Part shown: piece after piece, positions 10,655 to 21,209 of the stretch
Layout of the letters: each line of letters begins with the position of its first letter
Numbering within the stretch: position 1 is the first letter of the stretch
DNA from: Acidobacteriota bacterium
Lineage (GTDB): Bacteria > Acidobacteriota > UBA890 > WLXD01
Direction: 5' to 3'
Length of the DNA stretch: 64,000 nucleotides
Assembly: GCA_963666215.2 (NCBI GenBank)
Contig: CAXWPL010000005.1
Location: 1,408,001 to 1,472,000 of the forward strand
Position numbers and translations under genes: made by a program
Notes under the pieces: model-generated
The model's database searches: none
What the model was told of the DNA's origin: nothing
The model's input: only the letters and a program-made list of their open reading frames with translations

Positions 10655-11027
10655 GGGTAGGAAATCGCTTTTCTGAGCATGAGGAGCATGAGGGTTTTCG
10701 GAGGCCTGGGCGAGAGCTGGAGGTCCTGGGGGTCACTTCTCGGCGGCTCGACAGCAGGATTCGAGTGCGCGGGCCTGGCGGCAGGTGGGTCGCGAGAGTG
10801 CTTGGGGGGCGTGCGCGGCAGCGGGGCCCCCCGGGAGTCCCCGGAGGGGGGCCAGAGGAGTCGAGGGTCCCCCGGGAGCGTCAGGCGCTCTTTGTGTCGG
10901 CAGGGATGGGTGTCTCAGACAGGCTCATAGACCAGCTCGGGGGCTGGCGGTGAGTGAGCGAGGGGCTCCGGCTCTTGGGGTTCCGCCTGGATTCCCGCCA
11001 ACAACCTGCGGATGGAAGAGAGCTTGG
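10655..11027 (-). mobile_element. IS91-like piece 4 (oriIS end plus transposase C-terminal tail)
   Basis: Same ori sequence. Encodes KLSSIRRLLAGIQAEPQEPEPLAHSPPAPELVYEPV*. Confidence 0.85.
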
Positions 11028-11121
11028 GGACGTCGACCTCGCTGAGGCGCGCAAGCGCCTCAGCCACCAGGAATCGCTCGTTGTAGACGGGGACGATGAC
11101 GCTGAGCGTCGCGCTGTCCAC
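11028..11121 (-). pseudogene. Glycosyltransferase family 2 N-terminal stub
   Basis: MDSATLSVIVPVYNERFLVAEALARL, fused in frame to the transposase tail. Confidence 0.7.
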
Positions 11122-12161
11122 TACTGCTTCACGTACTTGTGCAGCTCAGGCTTGATGGTGTCGGCGACGTAGATGTCGCCGTTCTGCGCGATCGTCATGT
11201 AGTGGGCCTCACCAAATTCTCCGAGTCCGGGACCGGGTTGTCCCGTGGCCCCGATGGCCTTGCCGTCGGCGTCGAGGTGCAGGATCTCCCCAGAGAAGCC
11301 GCTCACCATGTACATCTCCTGATCCTTGGTGATAAACAAGCCGCACGGGAGTCCCTTATAGGCACGCTCCGAGAGGTAGTTGCCGTCCGCGTCGAAGATC
11401 TGCACGCGTCGGTTCTGCCGGTCGGCGACGTAGACGAGCCCGTCAGCGTCGACCACGATCGAGTGCGGCGTATCGAACTCGCCCGGCCCGGTTCCCTCGC
11501 TGCCCCACGTCGTGAGCAGCGTGCCACCGCTGTCGAACTTCAGGATCGCGGGCGGGCCCTTGCCGTGCCCGATGATCAGGTAGATCTCGCCATTGAGTCC
11601 GAACGCCAGATCGGTGGGCTCCATGAGCATTCCACTGTCCGCGCCGACTTCCCACTCTCCGGCCTGCTCATGGACCCCGAGCGTCATCAGTACTTCGCCA
11701 TCGGGACTCCACTTCCGCACCGTGTGCCCGCCAACGTCGGTTGCCCAAACGTTGCCCTCCGGGTCGAGGCGCATTCCGTGCGCCCTGACGTACATCCCCT
11801 GGCCCCACGAGCGCACAAAGACGCCATCGGCATCGAACTCGGCCAGCGGATCACGACCGCGATTGAACACGATCAGGTGATTCGTGTCGGTCCAGACGAC
11901 GCCGGATGGGGCGCCCATCTCGAGCTCTGCGGGAATCTGTAGCCCGTGGGGAGCGGGGCGATACCCGAGATCAGGCGCGTCCTCCATCTGCGCCGGGTCC
12001 GGCCCGTCCAGCCCGATCTGTCTCCCGGGGAACGGGTTCGGCCCGAAATCCGGTCTGGCTTCAGCGTGCGCCTCCTCGATCGGTGCGTCCTCCATCGGCG
12101 CGGAACCACACGCGGTGAGCAGCGGGAACAGCAACGGCAGGACGCTGATGGTCAATCGCAT
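11121..12161 (-). CDS. NHL-repeat (peptidylglycine lyase-like) lipoprotein
   Basis: Lipobox LTAC, repeats such as GPGEFDTPHSIVVDADGLVYVADRQNRRVQIFD. Confidence 0.88.
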   Translation of the reverse strand: MRLTISVLPLLFPLLTACGSAPMEDAPIEEAHAEARPDFGPNPFPGRQIGLDGPDPAQMEDAPDLGYRPAPHGLQIPAELEMGAPSGVVWTDTNHLIVFNRGRDPLAEFDADGVFVRSWGQGMYVRAHGMRLDPEGNVWATDVGGHTVRKWSPDGEVLMTLGVHEQAGEWEVGADSGMLMEPTDLAFGLNGEIYLIIGHGKGPPAILKFDSGGTLLTTWGSEGTGPGEFDTPHSIVVDADGLVYVADRQNRRVQIFDADGNYLSERAYKGLPCGLFITKDQEMYMVSGFSGEILHLDADGKAIGATGQPGPGLGEFGEAHYMTIAQNGDIYVADTIKPELHKYVKQ

Positions 12162-12234
12162 AGGTTCTCCTTCTAGGCTGAGCGACGGGTCCTACCATAC
12201 ACCGAGAGCCACATCGGGAACACGGCTCCCGCGC

Positions 12235-12700
12235 TCACGACAGCACGTAGCTGACGACGGTCACGAACACGCAGGTCCCCAGCAGGATGTAGCCGAAGGG
12301 TCGTCCAAGAACGCCGTCGCGCGCCGTCAAGGTGCCGATGCGGAAGACCGCCAGCACGAACAGCATGGCGGGAAACTGAAGCACGAAGAAGTGCGGCTCG
12401 GCAACCAGCCCCTCCGGTGTCACGGCGGCGGCACCCGCAACGAACAAGACGTTCAAGATGTCGGCCCCGACGATGTTACCGACGCCCAGCTCGCCCTCTC
12501 CCTTCAGCGTCGCCGTGACGACGATAACGAGCTCGGGCAGCGAGGTGCCGAAGGCGACGAGCGTCGCAGCAATGATGCTGGGTGGGACCGCAAGTCGCTC
12601 TGCGATCTCCGTCGCGGATGAGATCAGAAACGCCGATGCGATGACGACGACGGCGACAGCAATGGCCAGGCTCGCGCCCGTCGCTGTCTTGCCTCGAAAC
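12235..12700 (-). pseudogene. Ca2+/Na+ antiporter C-terminal fragment
   Basis: TLVAFGTSLPELVI...GNIVGADILN alpha-repeat. The N-terminal half is absent and the upstream boundary is approximate. Confidence 0.75.
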
Positions 12701-12779
12701 TGGTGCGCGTCGCCGGGGGCGTTGAGGGCAATGTCAGAGGGGGCGTTGGGGCCGTCCGGAGAGAACGGCGCGCACGGTG

Positions 12780-14609
12780 CTATCGCAACGGCTGAGCGCG
12801 GCGGGGGAGGGCAAACACGAACAGATTGCTGCCGCGGCTGGTGCGGAGCTCGGGAGTCATGAGGGCGTTGGTCAGTCTGCCCGGGCCGGTGCTGACGGCT
12901 ACGTACTGGCGTCCGTCGACAGCGTAGGTGATTGGAAAGCCCATCACCGGGGATCCGAGATTGATCTCCCACAACACATCGCCGGTCTCCTGGTCGAAGG
13001 CTCTGAACCGCCCGCCCTGGTCGCCGCCGAAGAGGAGTCCGCCGCCGGTGCTGAGCAGCGAGAAGGTCGCGGCCCGCGTTTCGTAGATCCACTTCGTCTC
13101 GCCGGTCTCTACCGAGATCGCACGCACGGTTCCGAGCTGGTCGGTGCCCGGTGCCAGTTGGTGATCGACAGCGAGCGAGTAGAACGGGCTAGATTGAACC
13201 ATGGACATCGCCCGTTCGCTGCGGAGATTGTCGGTCGCCAACATGACCGCACAGGCCTGGCGAAGCGGGAAATACATGGTCTTGGTCAGTGGGCTGTAGG
13301 TGCCGGTCTCCCAATCCTTGCCGCCCGCCCAGGTCGGGCAGATCAACGCCTCCTGCTCCATTTCGGTGAAGATGACCTCCAGATTCTCGGTCACCTTGCC
13401 GGTGGCGGGGTCGATGTCGCTGATTACGTTCTGCGCGATGGTCGGCGTGGCCCAGAGAAACTCTCCGGTCTCGCGGTCGAGGGTGTAGACCAGGCCGGTC
13501 TTGCCCGGGATTCCGGTCACCACTTTACGCACCTTTCCCGGCTGCAGCCGCGGGTTGATCCAGCGGACGCTGTCGGGGTCGGGGCTGACGACGGTGTCGA
13601 GGAGGATGCGCTCGAAGACGTGGTCGAGATCCCAGTGATCGTTGAGGTGCTGGTAGTACCAGCTGATTTCGCCGGTGTCGACCGCGAGCGCGAGGGTCGA
13701 GTTGTGGTAGAGGTGGGTTTTGTCGGTGCCGCCGAGCATGAACTTCGGCGCCGGCGAGGTGACCCCGGTGCCGATATAGACCAGCTCGAGCTCGGGGTCG
13801 TAGCTCGGCGGCATCCAGGTGCCTACATGGCGTCGCCTCTCCTGGGGCACGTCGCCCCAGGTCTCGTCGCCGGGTTCTCCCTGGGCGGGTATCGTGCGCC
13901 GCCGCCACACCTCTTCGCCGGTGTGTGCGTCGTGGGCCAGGATGACGCAGGCATCGGGGCCACCGCTGGGTCGGCAACTTCGTCCAGAGATGAGCTTGCC
14001 GTCGGCGACGATGGGGCCCGCGCTGTGATGGGCAATATTAACCTTGTAGTCGAGGATCTTGGTCTCCCAGGCGAGCTCACCGGTCGTTGCATCGAGCGCG
14101 TAGGCGTAGAGGTCGGCACTGGTGTTGAGGATGAATCGGCCGTAGATGGCAATGTTGCGGGACTTACGGGCGAGAGGGCCGCCGTAGCCCCAGACATCAT
14201 CCGGCAAGTCTCGTTTGTACTCCCACAACAAGTCCCCTGTCGCGGCGGAGAGCGCCTGAATTGTGTCTTCTGTGTTGGGGACATAGAGGACGCCTTCGTA
14301 GGCCAGCGGCGTGAGCTCGGCGGTTCCCGGAGCGAGGGCGCGAGTCCAGACCATGCGGATCTCGTCCACGTTCTCTCGGGTGACCTGGTCGAGCGGGCTG
14401 TAGCCCCAGCTGTCGAGGGTGCGGCGATAGTTGATCCAGTCCTCCGGCGCCGGATTCGCGAGCATGGCGTCGGTGACCGGAGTGAGCTCTGTCGACAGCG
14501 TGGCGGCGGTCGTCGTGTCCTGGCCGAGGGCGACCGAGATCACTAGACAGGCAGCGATCCCACTCAGCACGAGTCTCGCGCGGCAAGCAGAATTCATCGC
14601 TCGATTCAT
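12780..14609 (-). CDS. PQQ-dependent dehydrogenase (beta-propeller)
   Basis: DWINYRRTLDSWGYSPLDQV, YDPELELVYIG, PITYAVDGRQYVAV. GGAGG RBS before ATG 14609. Confidence 0.9.
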   Translation of the reverse strand: MNRAMNSACRARLVLSGIAACLVISVALGQDTTTAATLSTELTPVTDAMLANPAPEDWINYRRTLDSWGYSPLDQVTRENVDEIRMVWTRALAPGTAELTPLAYEGVLYVPNTEDTIQALSAATGDLLWEYKRDLPDDVWGYGGPLARKSRNIAIYGRFILNTSADLYAYALDATTGELAWETKILDYKVNIAHHSAGPIVADGKLISGRSCRPSGGPDACVILAHDAHTGEEVWRRRTIPAQGEPGDETWGDVPQERRRHVGTWMPPSYDPELELVYIGTGVTSPAPKFMLGGTDKTHLYHNSTLALAVDTGEISWYYQHLNDHWDLDHVFERILLDTVVSPDPDSVRWINPRLQPGKVRKVVTGIPGKTGLVYTLDRETGEFLWATPTIAQNVISDIDPATGKVTENLEVIFTEMEQEALICPTWAGGKDWETGTYSPLTKTMYFPLRQACAVMLATDNLRSERAMSMVQSSPFYSLAVDHQLAPGTDQLGTVRAISVETGETKWIYETRAATFSLLSTGGGLLFGGDQGGRFRAFDQETGDVLWEINLGSPVMGFPITYAVDGRQYVAVSTGPGRLTNALMTPELRTSRGSNLFVFALPRRAQPLR

Positions 14610-14965
14610 CGTTGGCCCCTCCTGGGTACTGCGAGCTGGCGTGAGGTGACGCTGTCGCAGCGCGCGAGGGATCATGGTCTGCCGGCATGGCTGTCGTCAA
14701 GAGGAGTCCAGCCGGCGCATCCAGGGCGCCAGTCCCCTAAGACGGCGCAAACGGTGACCACCGGCTCCGCCCTGATGCCGTCGCCCGGCTCGCCATACGG
14801 AGCGCTGCGTCATGACTGATCGACTGATGGCAATCAGGCGGTCTCCGCCTCTGGAGCTAGTAAACATAAGGGTTCAACCGCTGTTGACTCGAAGGGTGTC
14901 ACGCCTTTGTCACCCCAAGAGCCGCCGTTTGGCGCTTCTGGGCTTGATTCGGCACCGTCCACGGT

Positions 14966-15307
14966 GTGTCGCTGCGGGGCGGCTCTACACGCCAGACTCA
15001 CGGATCGCTGCGCTGCTGGTCACCTCATCTCGGGCAACACCACCAGGCGCGCCGTAACCTCGTCGAGGCAGTCCTCGCCGACGCCGGCCACAGCAACACA
15101 GACGCACCGCGGGCTCTCGAACTAGCTGCCGACGGGTTGGCCCAGGCGGTTCTGGTTCGGGACAGCGCATATCAGCGCCTGGTCGAAGCAGGCGGCCCGA
15201 TGACCTCCAGCGGGCGCACTCGCCGCGTGTTCCAAGTCTGGCTTCAGGCCGCGGATAGGGTCGACAAGCACGTACGCCTCGTCGGCTTGAAGCGGGTGCC
15301 GCGGAGC
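14966..15307 (+). pseudogene. Hypothetical protein fragment cut by an IS piece
   Basis: Coding-like frame (RRNLVEAVLADAG...VRLVGLKRVPR) that runs into piece 5. Confidence 0.35.
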
Positions 15308-15809
15308 TGCCCCGGGCAGCGTTTGAGTAGAATCCCCAGTACCTCACGAGCTGCTGCGAGGGGTCGGGAATGTGCTGGGTGAGACGGGCGATGAAGTCCA
15401 GGACATCCCAGCGGGCCACAGTGCCGTAGGGGCTGGCCGTGCGCCGCGGCCGCGCCGAGTAGACGGCCTCTCCGCTCTCAGCATCCCACTCCAGACGGGC
15501 GAGGACGAGGGGGCAACGAATCATGGTTCGGCCGAGTCGTACCGCGCCCTGGCGGTCCTCAGCCCGCACCGAGCCGTGGGTCCACAAGCCGCTGTGCGGC
15601 CAGGAGAGCATGTTGTTCACCGTGTCAGCGTCGATCCGTCCCTTCTCGAGCAGCATCCTGAGCACCTCGGCTCGGAAGAGGCGCTCCACCTTCTCAGCGT
15701 CGAAGTAGAGAAGGTGTCGAAAGGTCCCGTCAGGGAGCCAGGCACCATCGGCCATCAGGACGTGGATATGTGGGTGAAATCGCAACAGCTCCCCGGACGT
15801 CTGGATGAA
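15308..15809 (-). mobile_element. IS91-like piece 5 (transposase HUH region)
   Basis: FIQTSGELLRFHPHIHVLMADG...LDFIARLTQHIPDPSQQLVRYWGFYSN, IS91-family transposase motifs. Confidence 0.9.
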
Positions 15810-16018
15810 GCCGTCGGATCTCCCGATGAGCTTGGCCAGATGCGCACGATCGCGAAAGAAGTGCTCCCTCGTCTTCGGGGGATCTCCCCAGCCTAGGGTC
15901 TTCTGCTGGGACCTCAGAGAGAGGATGTCCCTTCTGGCAGTAGCCCGGCGCCCTACGAGTGGGCGCCTCAGTTGCGGAGAAAGGGTGTAGACTGTGACGC
16001 AACCCGGGAGGATCCACG

Positions 16019-17959
16019 ATGTCGATGCCCTCTGTTCGCGCGGCAGCGCGCCTCCGCTGGCTGCTGCCGGGGCTCGTCCTCTTCGTCGCTGCGGCCTACG
16101 CAGAGGACGACTGGCTCTCGCACTTCGGCCAAGGCGCCGGTCCCCCGAACTGGGTCGGTGACCTGACGCCGGTTACGGCGGCGGACTGGAGTTACGCCAA
16201 GGCGGCTCATCTTCTTGAGCGCGCCGGCTTCGGCGGCACTCCGCAGGAGATCGAGCCGCTGGCTGCGATGTCTCCCGAACAGGCGGTGGCCACCCTCGTC
16301 GACTACGATTCGATCGATGCGGAGGCACTTCTCCCCTTCGAGGAGTCAGGCGTCTTCGGGCCGGAGATGCTCGCCGATCTCGCCGACGGGCTGAACTTCC
16401 GCGGGGCGCTCGCGCGCGCTCGGCAGCGCGGCTCTGTCTATGGTGTCGAGCCGCGCGAGGGCGGAGTTCGGCCCTACCAACCAATCGTCGACGTCAGCTA
16501 CTACCGCAAGTACGCCCCCCGTCACGAATGGCTGCGGGTCGCGAACTGGTGGGCCGAGCGCATGATGCTCACGCCACGTCCGCTGGAAGAGAAGATGACC
16601 CTCTTCTGGCACGGGCACTTCGCCACCGAGCAGGAGAAGGTAATGGACTACCGCCTCATGCTGGATCAGAACACCATGCTGCGCGAACACGCGACGGGGA
16701 GCTTCCGCGATCTCCTAATCGGTGCCTCCAAAGACCCGGCGATGCTGATCTACCTCGACAACCGCAAGAACGTGGTCGGCCACGCCAACGAGAACTATGC
16801 GCGCGAGATCATGGAGCTCTTCGCGCTGGGTGTGGGTAACTACAGTGAAGACGACATCAAAGAGGCGGCGCGGGCCTTCACCGGGTGGCGCAACGAGGGA
16901 CGGCGCTTCGTCGACGATCGCCAGCTCCACGACGCGGGCGAAAAAACCATTCTCGGGCGCACGGGGAACTTCGACGGCGAGGACGTGGTCGACATCCTAC
17001 TCGGGCAGGAGGTTTGCGCTCGCTTCATCGCGGGCAAGATCTACCGCTTCCTGGTGCGCGAAGATCTCGGTGCAGACCTCGAAGAGAGCTTGGCGGCGAT
17101 CTTGCGCGACGCTGACTATCAGATCGCGCCGCTGTTGCGTGCGATCTTTCTCAGTCGGGATTTCTACGCGCCGCCCGCCTTCGCCACTCGGGTCAAAGGG
17201 CCGGTGGGGTTCTTGGTCTCGACCTACCGCAAGCTCGGGCTCGAACGGATGCCGGGGTCTCTCTATTTCCCGCTGGTGTCGACGCAGCTCGGCCAGGCGC
17301 TCGGCGATCCTCCAAACGTCGCCGGATGGGCGGGCGGTCGCTCCTGGATCAATCCGTCGACCCTCATCGAGCGCGGCAATGTGATCGGCTACCTCCTCTT
17401 CCCAGAACGCCAAGGTGAGGCCTATCGCTACGGACCCTTCGAAGCCCGGTACCAGCGTTACCAGTTCGCGCCGATTGGAGCCTACGAGCGTGATCGAGTC
17501 GCCGCAATGGGCGCTGCAGCCCCCTCTTCTGAGGGAGCGATGATGGCGGAAGGACCGTCGGGGGCGATGCCGGAGGGTGTTATGGCTACCGACATGAAGA
17601 AAGCTCCCTCGGCGACGATGATCAACGAGACACCGCGCCACGACGTGCCCCTGGGTGTTTACAACGGCATGAACCGGGCCTTTCGCACCATCCTGCCGGT
17701 CGATCAATCGCCTGCCGACTTCGATCTCGCCTCGATGCTGAAAGAGGCGGACGTGACGACGACCGCGGATGCCGTCGGCTATTTGAGCCTGCGCTTTCTA
17801 CGCCTCCCGCTCGACGCCTCTGATCGTCGAGCTCTGGAAGCTTTTCTGCGCGATCGCACCGGCGATGAGAGCCTCGACTTCGCCGCCCCGTCTCTGGAGC
17901 GCGATCTACGCGAGCTGCTCCACCTCATCCTGTCGACGCCCGAGTACCAGCTCGGCTGA
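16019..17959 (+). CDS. DUF1800 family protein
   Basis: HLLERAGFGG, EKMTLFWHGHFAT, PAMLIYLDN, NENYAREIMELF, STPEYQL. Confidence 0.9.
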   Translation: MSMPSVRAAARLRWLLPGLVLFVAAAYAEDDWLSHFGQGAGPPNWVGDLTPVTAADWSYAKAAHLLERAGFGGTPQEIEPLAAMSPEQAVATLVDYDSIDAEALLPFEESGVFGPEMLADLADGLNFRGALARARQRGSVYGVEPREGGVRPYQPIVDVSYYRKYAPRHEWLRVANWWAERMMLTPRPLEEKMTLFWHGHFATEQEKVMDYRLMLDQNTMLREHATGSFRDLLIGASKDPAMLIYLDNRKNVVGHANENYAREIMELFALGVGNYSEDDIKEAARAFTGWRNEGRRFVDDRQLHDAGEKTILGRTGNFDGEDVVDILLGQEVCARFIAGKIYRFLVREDLGADLEESLAAILRDADYQIAPLLRAIFLSRDFYAPPAFATRVKGPVGFLVSTYRKLGLERMPGSLYFPLVSTQLGQALGDPPNVAGWAGGRSWINPSTLIERGNVIGYLLFPERQGEAYRYGPFEARYQRYQFAPIGAYERDRVAAMGAAAPSSEGAMMAEGPSGAMPEGVMATDMKKAPSATMINETPRHDVPLGVYNGMNRAFRTILPVDQSPADFDLASMLKEADVTTTADAVGYLSLRFLRLPLDASDRRALEAFLRDRTGDESLDFAAPSLERDLRELLHLILSTPEYQLG

Positions 17960-17969
17960 GGAGCGAGAG

Positions 17970-19244
17970 ATGAAGACGAACGAATGCCCCCACTGTACCT
18001 CGACCGCAGATGATGCGGGATGGACACGCCGTGACCTCATCGGACGCGGCCTCAAGACCCTCGGTGTGGGAGCGGGGCTACCGCTTTTTCTGCGCGAGAC
18101 GTCGCTCGCCATGGCGCTCAACGAGGTCGTGGGCACCGACCCGACGCACCCGGAGCGCATTCTGGTCGTGCTGGAGCTCTCGGGTGGGAACGACGGGCTC
18201 AACACCGTCGTACCCTACACCGATGACGAGTACTACAAGGCGCGGCCGACGATCGCGGTCGCGCCTGGAGATGTGCTCAAGCTCGACGATCGCTTCGGCT
18301 TCCATCCCAATCTTCTGGGTTGGGAGCGCCTCTTCAAGGATGGGCAGATGGCGGTTGTGCACGGCTGCTCCTATCCGAACCCGAACCGATCTCACTTCGT
18401 GTCGATGGAGTTCTGGCACACCGGCGTCCCGCACGGTGCCGAGCCCCAGGGGTGGCTAGGCCGCTTCGCCGATCGCTACCACCCCGACCCAGAGAAGGCC
18501 TACATCGTCAACATCGCCAAGGAGCAGACCAGGGCCGTTGCCAGCGGCCGACACGCCCCGGTGGTCTTCACCGACCCGGATCGCTTCGTACGACAGGGGA
18601 GCGAAGAACAGAAGATGATCTTCAAGGAGCTCGAGCGCGAGAGAGAGGCCGGCGCCAATCCGTCGCTCGACTTCGTGCGCGGCATCGCCACCACCGCCGG
18701 AGAGAGCTCGGAGTTCATCCGCACCGCCTGCGCGGAGTACCGCTCCCAGGTCGACTACGGCTACGGAGAGGTCGGCGTCGACATGAAGCGCATCAGTGCC
18801 ATGATCGCGGCCGAGGCGAAGACCCGCATCTACTACGCCAGCCTTTCCGGATTCGACACCCACGTCGCACAGGCTGGCGCCCACGGCGGGCTCTTCAACC
18901 GCGTGGGCGATGCCGTCTACGGCTTCATGCAGGACATGGAGCGCATCGGCCGCGCCGACGACGTGTCGGTGCTGCTGTTCACCGAGTTCGGTCGCCGTGT
19001 GAAGGAGAACGCCAGTCGTGGCACCGATCACGGCGTGGCCTCACCGATGTTCATCGTCGGCAAGGGTCTGAGTGGCGGCTTCTACGGCGAGCACCCCTGC
19101 CTCACCGACCTCGATGAGGGCGACCTCAAGATGACCACAGACTTCCGGTCGGTCTACGCCACCATGATGAAGGAGTGGATGGCGTACGACGATACGAAGT
19201 CGGTGCTCAGGGGGGATTTCCCCACTCTGGAGATCTTCTCCTAG
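17970..19244 (+). CDS. DUF1501 family protein (Tat-like signal)
   Basis: TRRDLIG, LELSGGNDGLNTVVP, NRSHFVS, TEFGRRVKENASRGTDHG. Usual partner of DUF1800. Confidence 0.9.
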   Translation: MKTNECPHCTSTADDAGWTRRDLIGRGLKTLGVGAGLPLFLRETSLAMALNEVVGTDPTHPERILVVLELSGGNDGLNTVVPYTDDEYYKARPTIAVAPGDVLKLDDRFGFHPNLLGWERLFKDGQMAVVHGCSYPNPNRSHFVSMEFWHTGVPHGAEPQGWLGRFADRYHPDPEKAYIVNIAKEQTRAVASGRHAPVVFTDPDRFVRQGSEEQKMIFKELEREREAGANPSLDFVRGIATTAGESSEFIRTACAEYRSQVDYGYGEVGVDMKRISAMIAAEAKTRIYYASLSGFDTHVAQAGAHGGLFNRVGDAVYGFMQDMERIGRADDVSVLLFTEFGRRVKENASRGTDHGVASPMFIVGKGLSGGFYGEHPCLTDLDEGDLKMTTDFRSVYATMMKEWMAYDDTKSVLRGDFPTLEIFS

Positions 19245-19302
19245 CCGCTCTCCCCCTGTAGGCTCAGAAGAATCGGGAATCAATAGAGGTAGAGAGTCCT
19301 CA

Positions 19303-19701
19303 CTACGGGCGACGAAAATCGTCCAAGCTCAACGCGTTCACGTCGTTCACGATCTTCGCGAGCTCTGGACCGCCGGCATACCAGCTCGACACGCCTGGCG
19401 CATTGCTGAATTGTGTGGACGCAACGCCTGTCTGCCTCACGCCTGTATGCTCGCAGTTCAGCAAGAGTGCCGCATTCTCGAACACTTCTGGATGTTGCGC
19501 CAGCCATGTGCCACTTCGTGATCCGTTGTTATGGTGGCCGCTGGTGCCGAGAAAGGTGATCGTCCGGGGTCTCTGTTCCCGCGGCACCCGAGCGAAGAAG
19601 TCAGCCAAGCCGATCGCCGTCGCCATACCGGTTCCGTTGTCGTTGGCGGCTTCGAACCAGCCATCTCGATGGGCAACGACAAAGATCGTTTCGTCCGTCA
19701 T
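19303..19701 (-). pseudogene. M28 peptidase internal fragment
   Basis: ETIFVVAHRDGWFEAANDNGTG motif. Both termini are missing. Confidence 0.65.
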
Positions 19702-19913
19702 GCCAGGCAGGGTGGCCCTCCTCCAGGCCTAGGGAGAAGGTCGGAACCCGGCTCCCAACCGGGTAGAACTGCGTGCGGAGATTGCCTGGCGCCGGCTTCG
19801 ATGCCTACATGCGGCACAAGCGGGCGGAGATCGAGATCATGAAGGATCTCGATCGCGACGATCGCTGTGCCCGTTACGCGGAGGTCTACTAGGCGGTCCG
19901 CTGCGACCTTCCG

Positions 19914-21005
19914 CTATCGCCCCGCCGCGCCCGTGGCCTCGGCCTCTAGGAAGCGGGCCCCACGGAGAGTGTTTCCCATCGAGTAGTTGCCCTCGTGGCA
20001 AGCGAACTCGTACATCTTGTCGGTGGTGGCCGGCCAGGTGTACTCACCGCTGTAAGGCGTTTCCCAGTCACCGCTCTCGACGGTGAACTGGTAGAGCAGA
20101 GTGTCCTCGTCGGTGCGAGTGAAGCGCTCGACCACGTGCTGATCGTGCGGGGGAGAGGGCTCGCCGAAGAGGGTCATCTGCAGCCAGGTCTCTTCGAGGA
20201 AGTTGGTGGTGTCGACCACCAGCGTGTCGCCCTCCCACCAGCCGATCGAGTCGCCGCTTCGCGAGCGAATCTCCGGTGGGGCGTGCTCGGGCTTGGCCTC
20301 GGCCATGCCCAAGCGAATCACTCGTGCCTCGTGCATCCACTCCACCAGGATCATCAGGTGGCTCTCGGTCTGCACGATGGTCTTCACATTGTTGTAGTTC
20401 TTGGGCAGCGCCGGAATCGTCGCCTCCAGCGAGAAGATGCATCGATCGGCAATCGACAGTACCTCGGGCCCGTCGTAGGGTCCGACTTCGCGGTCGCGCC
20501 ACCACGCGACAGCTGTGTTCTTCTTGGAGAAGCGGATCTGCTCCTCCGCCAGATCGCGCCGGTGATAGAGGCCCTTCCGACGCTCTCGCCCCCTCTCGGT
20601 GAGGGGAGGAAAGCGCCCATCGGGCGGATCGGTGAGGAGAGAGGTGCGGTACTTGCCGTCGACCGCAACCGCCTCGGTGCCGCCGTCATGGTAGAAGTCG
20701 TTGTAGCCGCCGAGTCTGCCGGTGACCGGCGGAGCTTGGCGGTTCGGGTCGCTGGGTCGTGCTCGCTCGGCCGTCCGGGTGGCTGCGCTCACCCTGATCT
20801 CTTCGGCCTCGGCCGCGGTGAGGAAAAGGCGCTCTCCGAGCTCGGGACTTCTCTGCATCCGTGTCAGCGTGCTGATGTCGTAGTTCCCGGAGAGATCCGG
20901 CTTGCCGTCGGCGGTCCGCGGAATGTCGCGCTCGGATGCGGCTCCGACCGAGCTCGCTACCACCACGATGAGGGAGGCGATGAAACAAACTACTCTGTAG
21001 CTCAT
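19914..21005 (-). CDS. Conserved secreted hypothetical protein
   Basis: Signal peptide, PRTADGKPDLSG, GDSIGWWEGDTLVVDTTNF, YEFACHEGNY. Confidence 0.8.
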   Translation of the reverse strand: MSYRVVCFIASLIVVVASSVGAASERDIPRTADGKPDLSGNYDISTLTRMQRSPELGERLFLTAAEAEEIRVSAATRTAERARPSDPNRQAPPVTGRLGGYNDFYHDGGTEAVAVDGKYRTSLLTDPPDGRFPPLTERGRERRKGLYHRRDLAEEQIRFSKKNTAVAWWRDREVGPYDGPEVLSIADRCIFSLEATIPALPKNYNNVKTIVQTESHLMILVEWMHEARVIRLGMAEAKPEHAPPEIRSRSGDSIGWWEGDTLVVDTTNFLEETWLQMTLFGEPSPPHDQHVVERFTRTDEDTLLYQFTVESGDWETPYSGEYTWPATTDKMYEFACHEGNYSMGNTLRGARFLEAEATGAAGR

Positions 21006-21209
21006 GATCGTTCTTCAGTATATACCCGCCGCCGGTGACTCGCGATCAGAAGATCGCGGGTGGGAATTGCCGCGGGGGCGTCGAGGCGCGTAGAGTGGTT
21101 GTGATGATCTGGTTCGAGGTTCGCCAACGCCAGTCGAGTCACTTTCGAAGTAGTCGCATGATTCCTCTTCTCCCCATCAAGGATTCGTCAAGGCGCTCCA
21201 GCATACATC

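Noticed and set aside
2910-14546. Long antisense ORFs (2910-4643, 8466-10541, 12777-14546 and similar ones elsewhere)
   Set aside because: Shadow frames of high-GC genes on the opposite strand, with no recognisable motifs.
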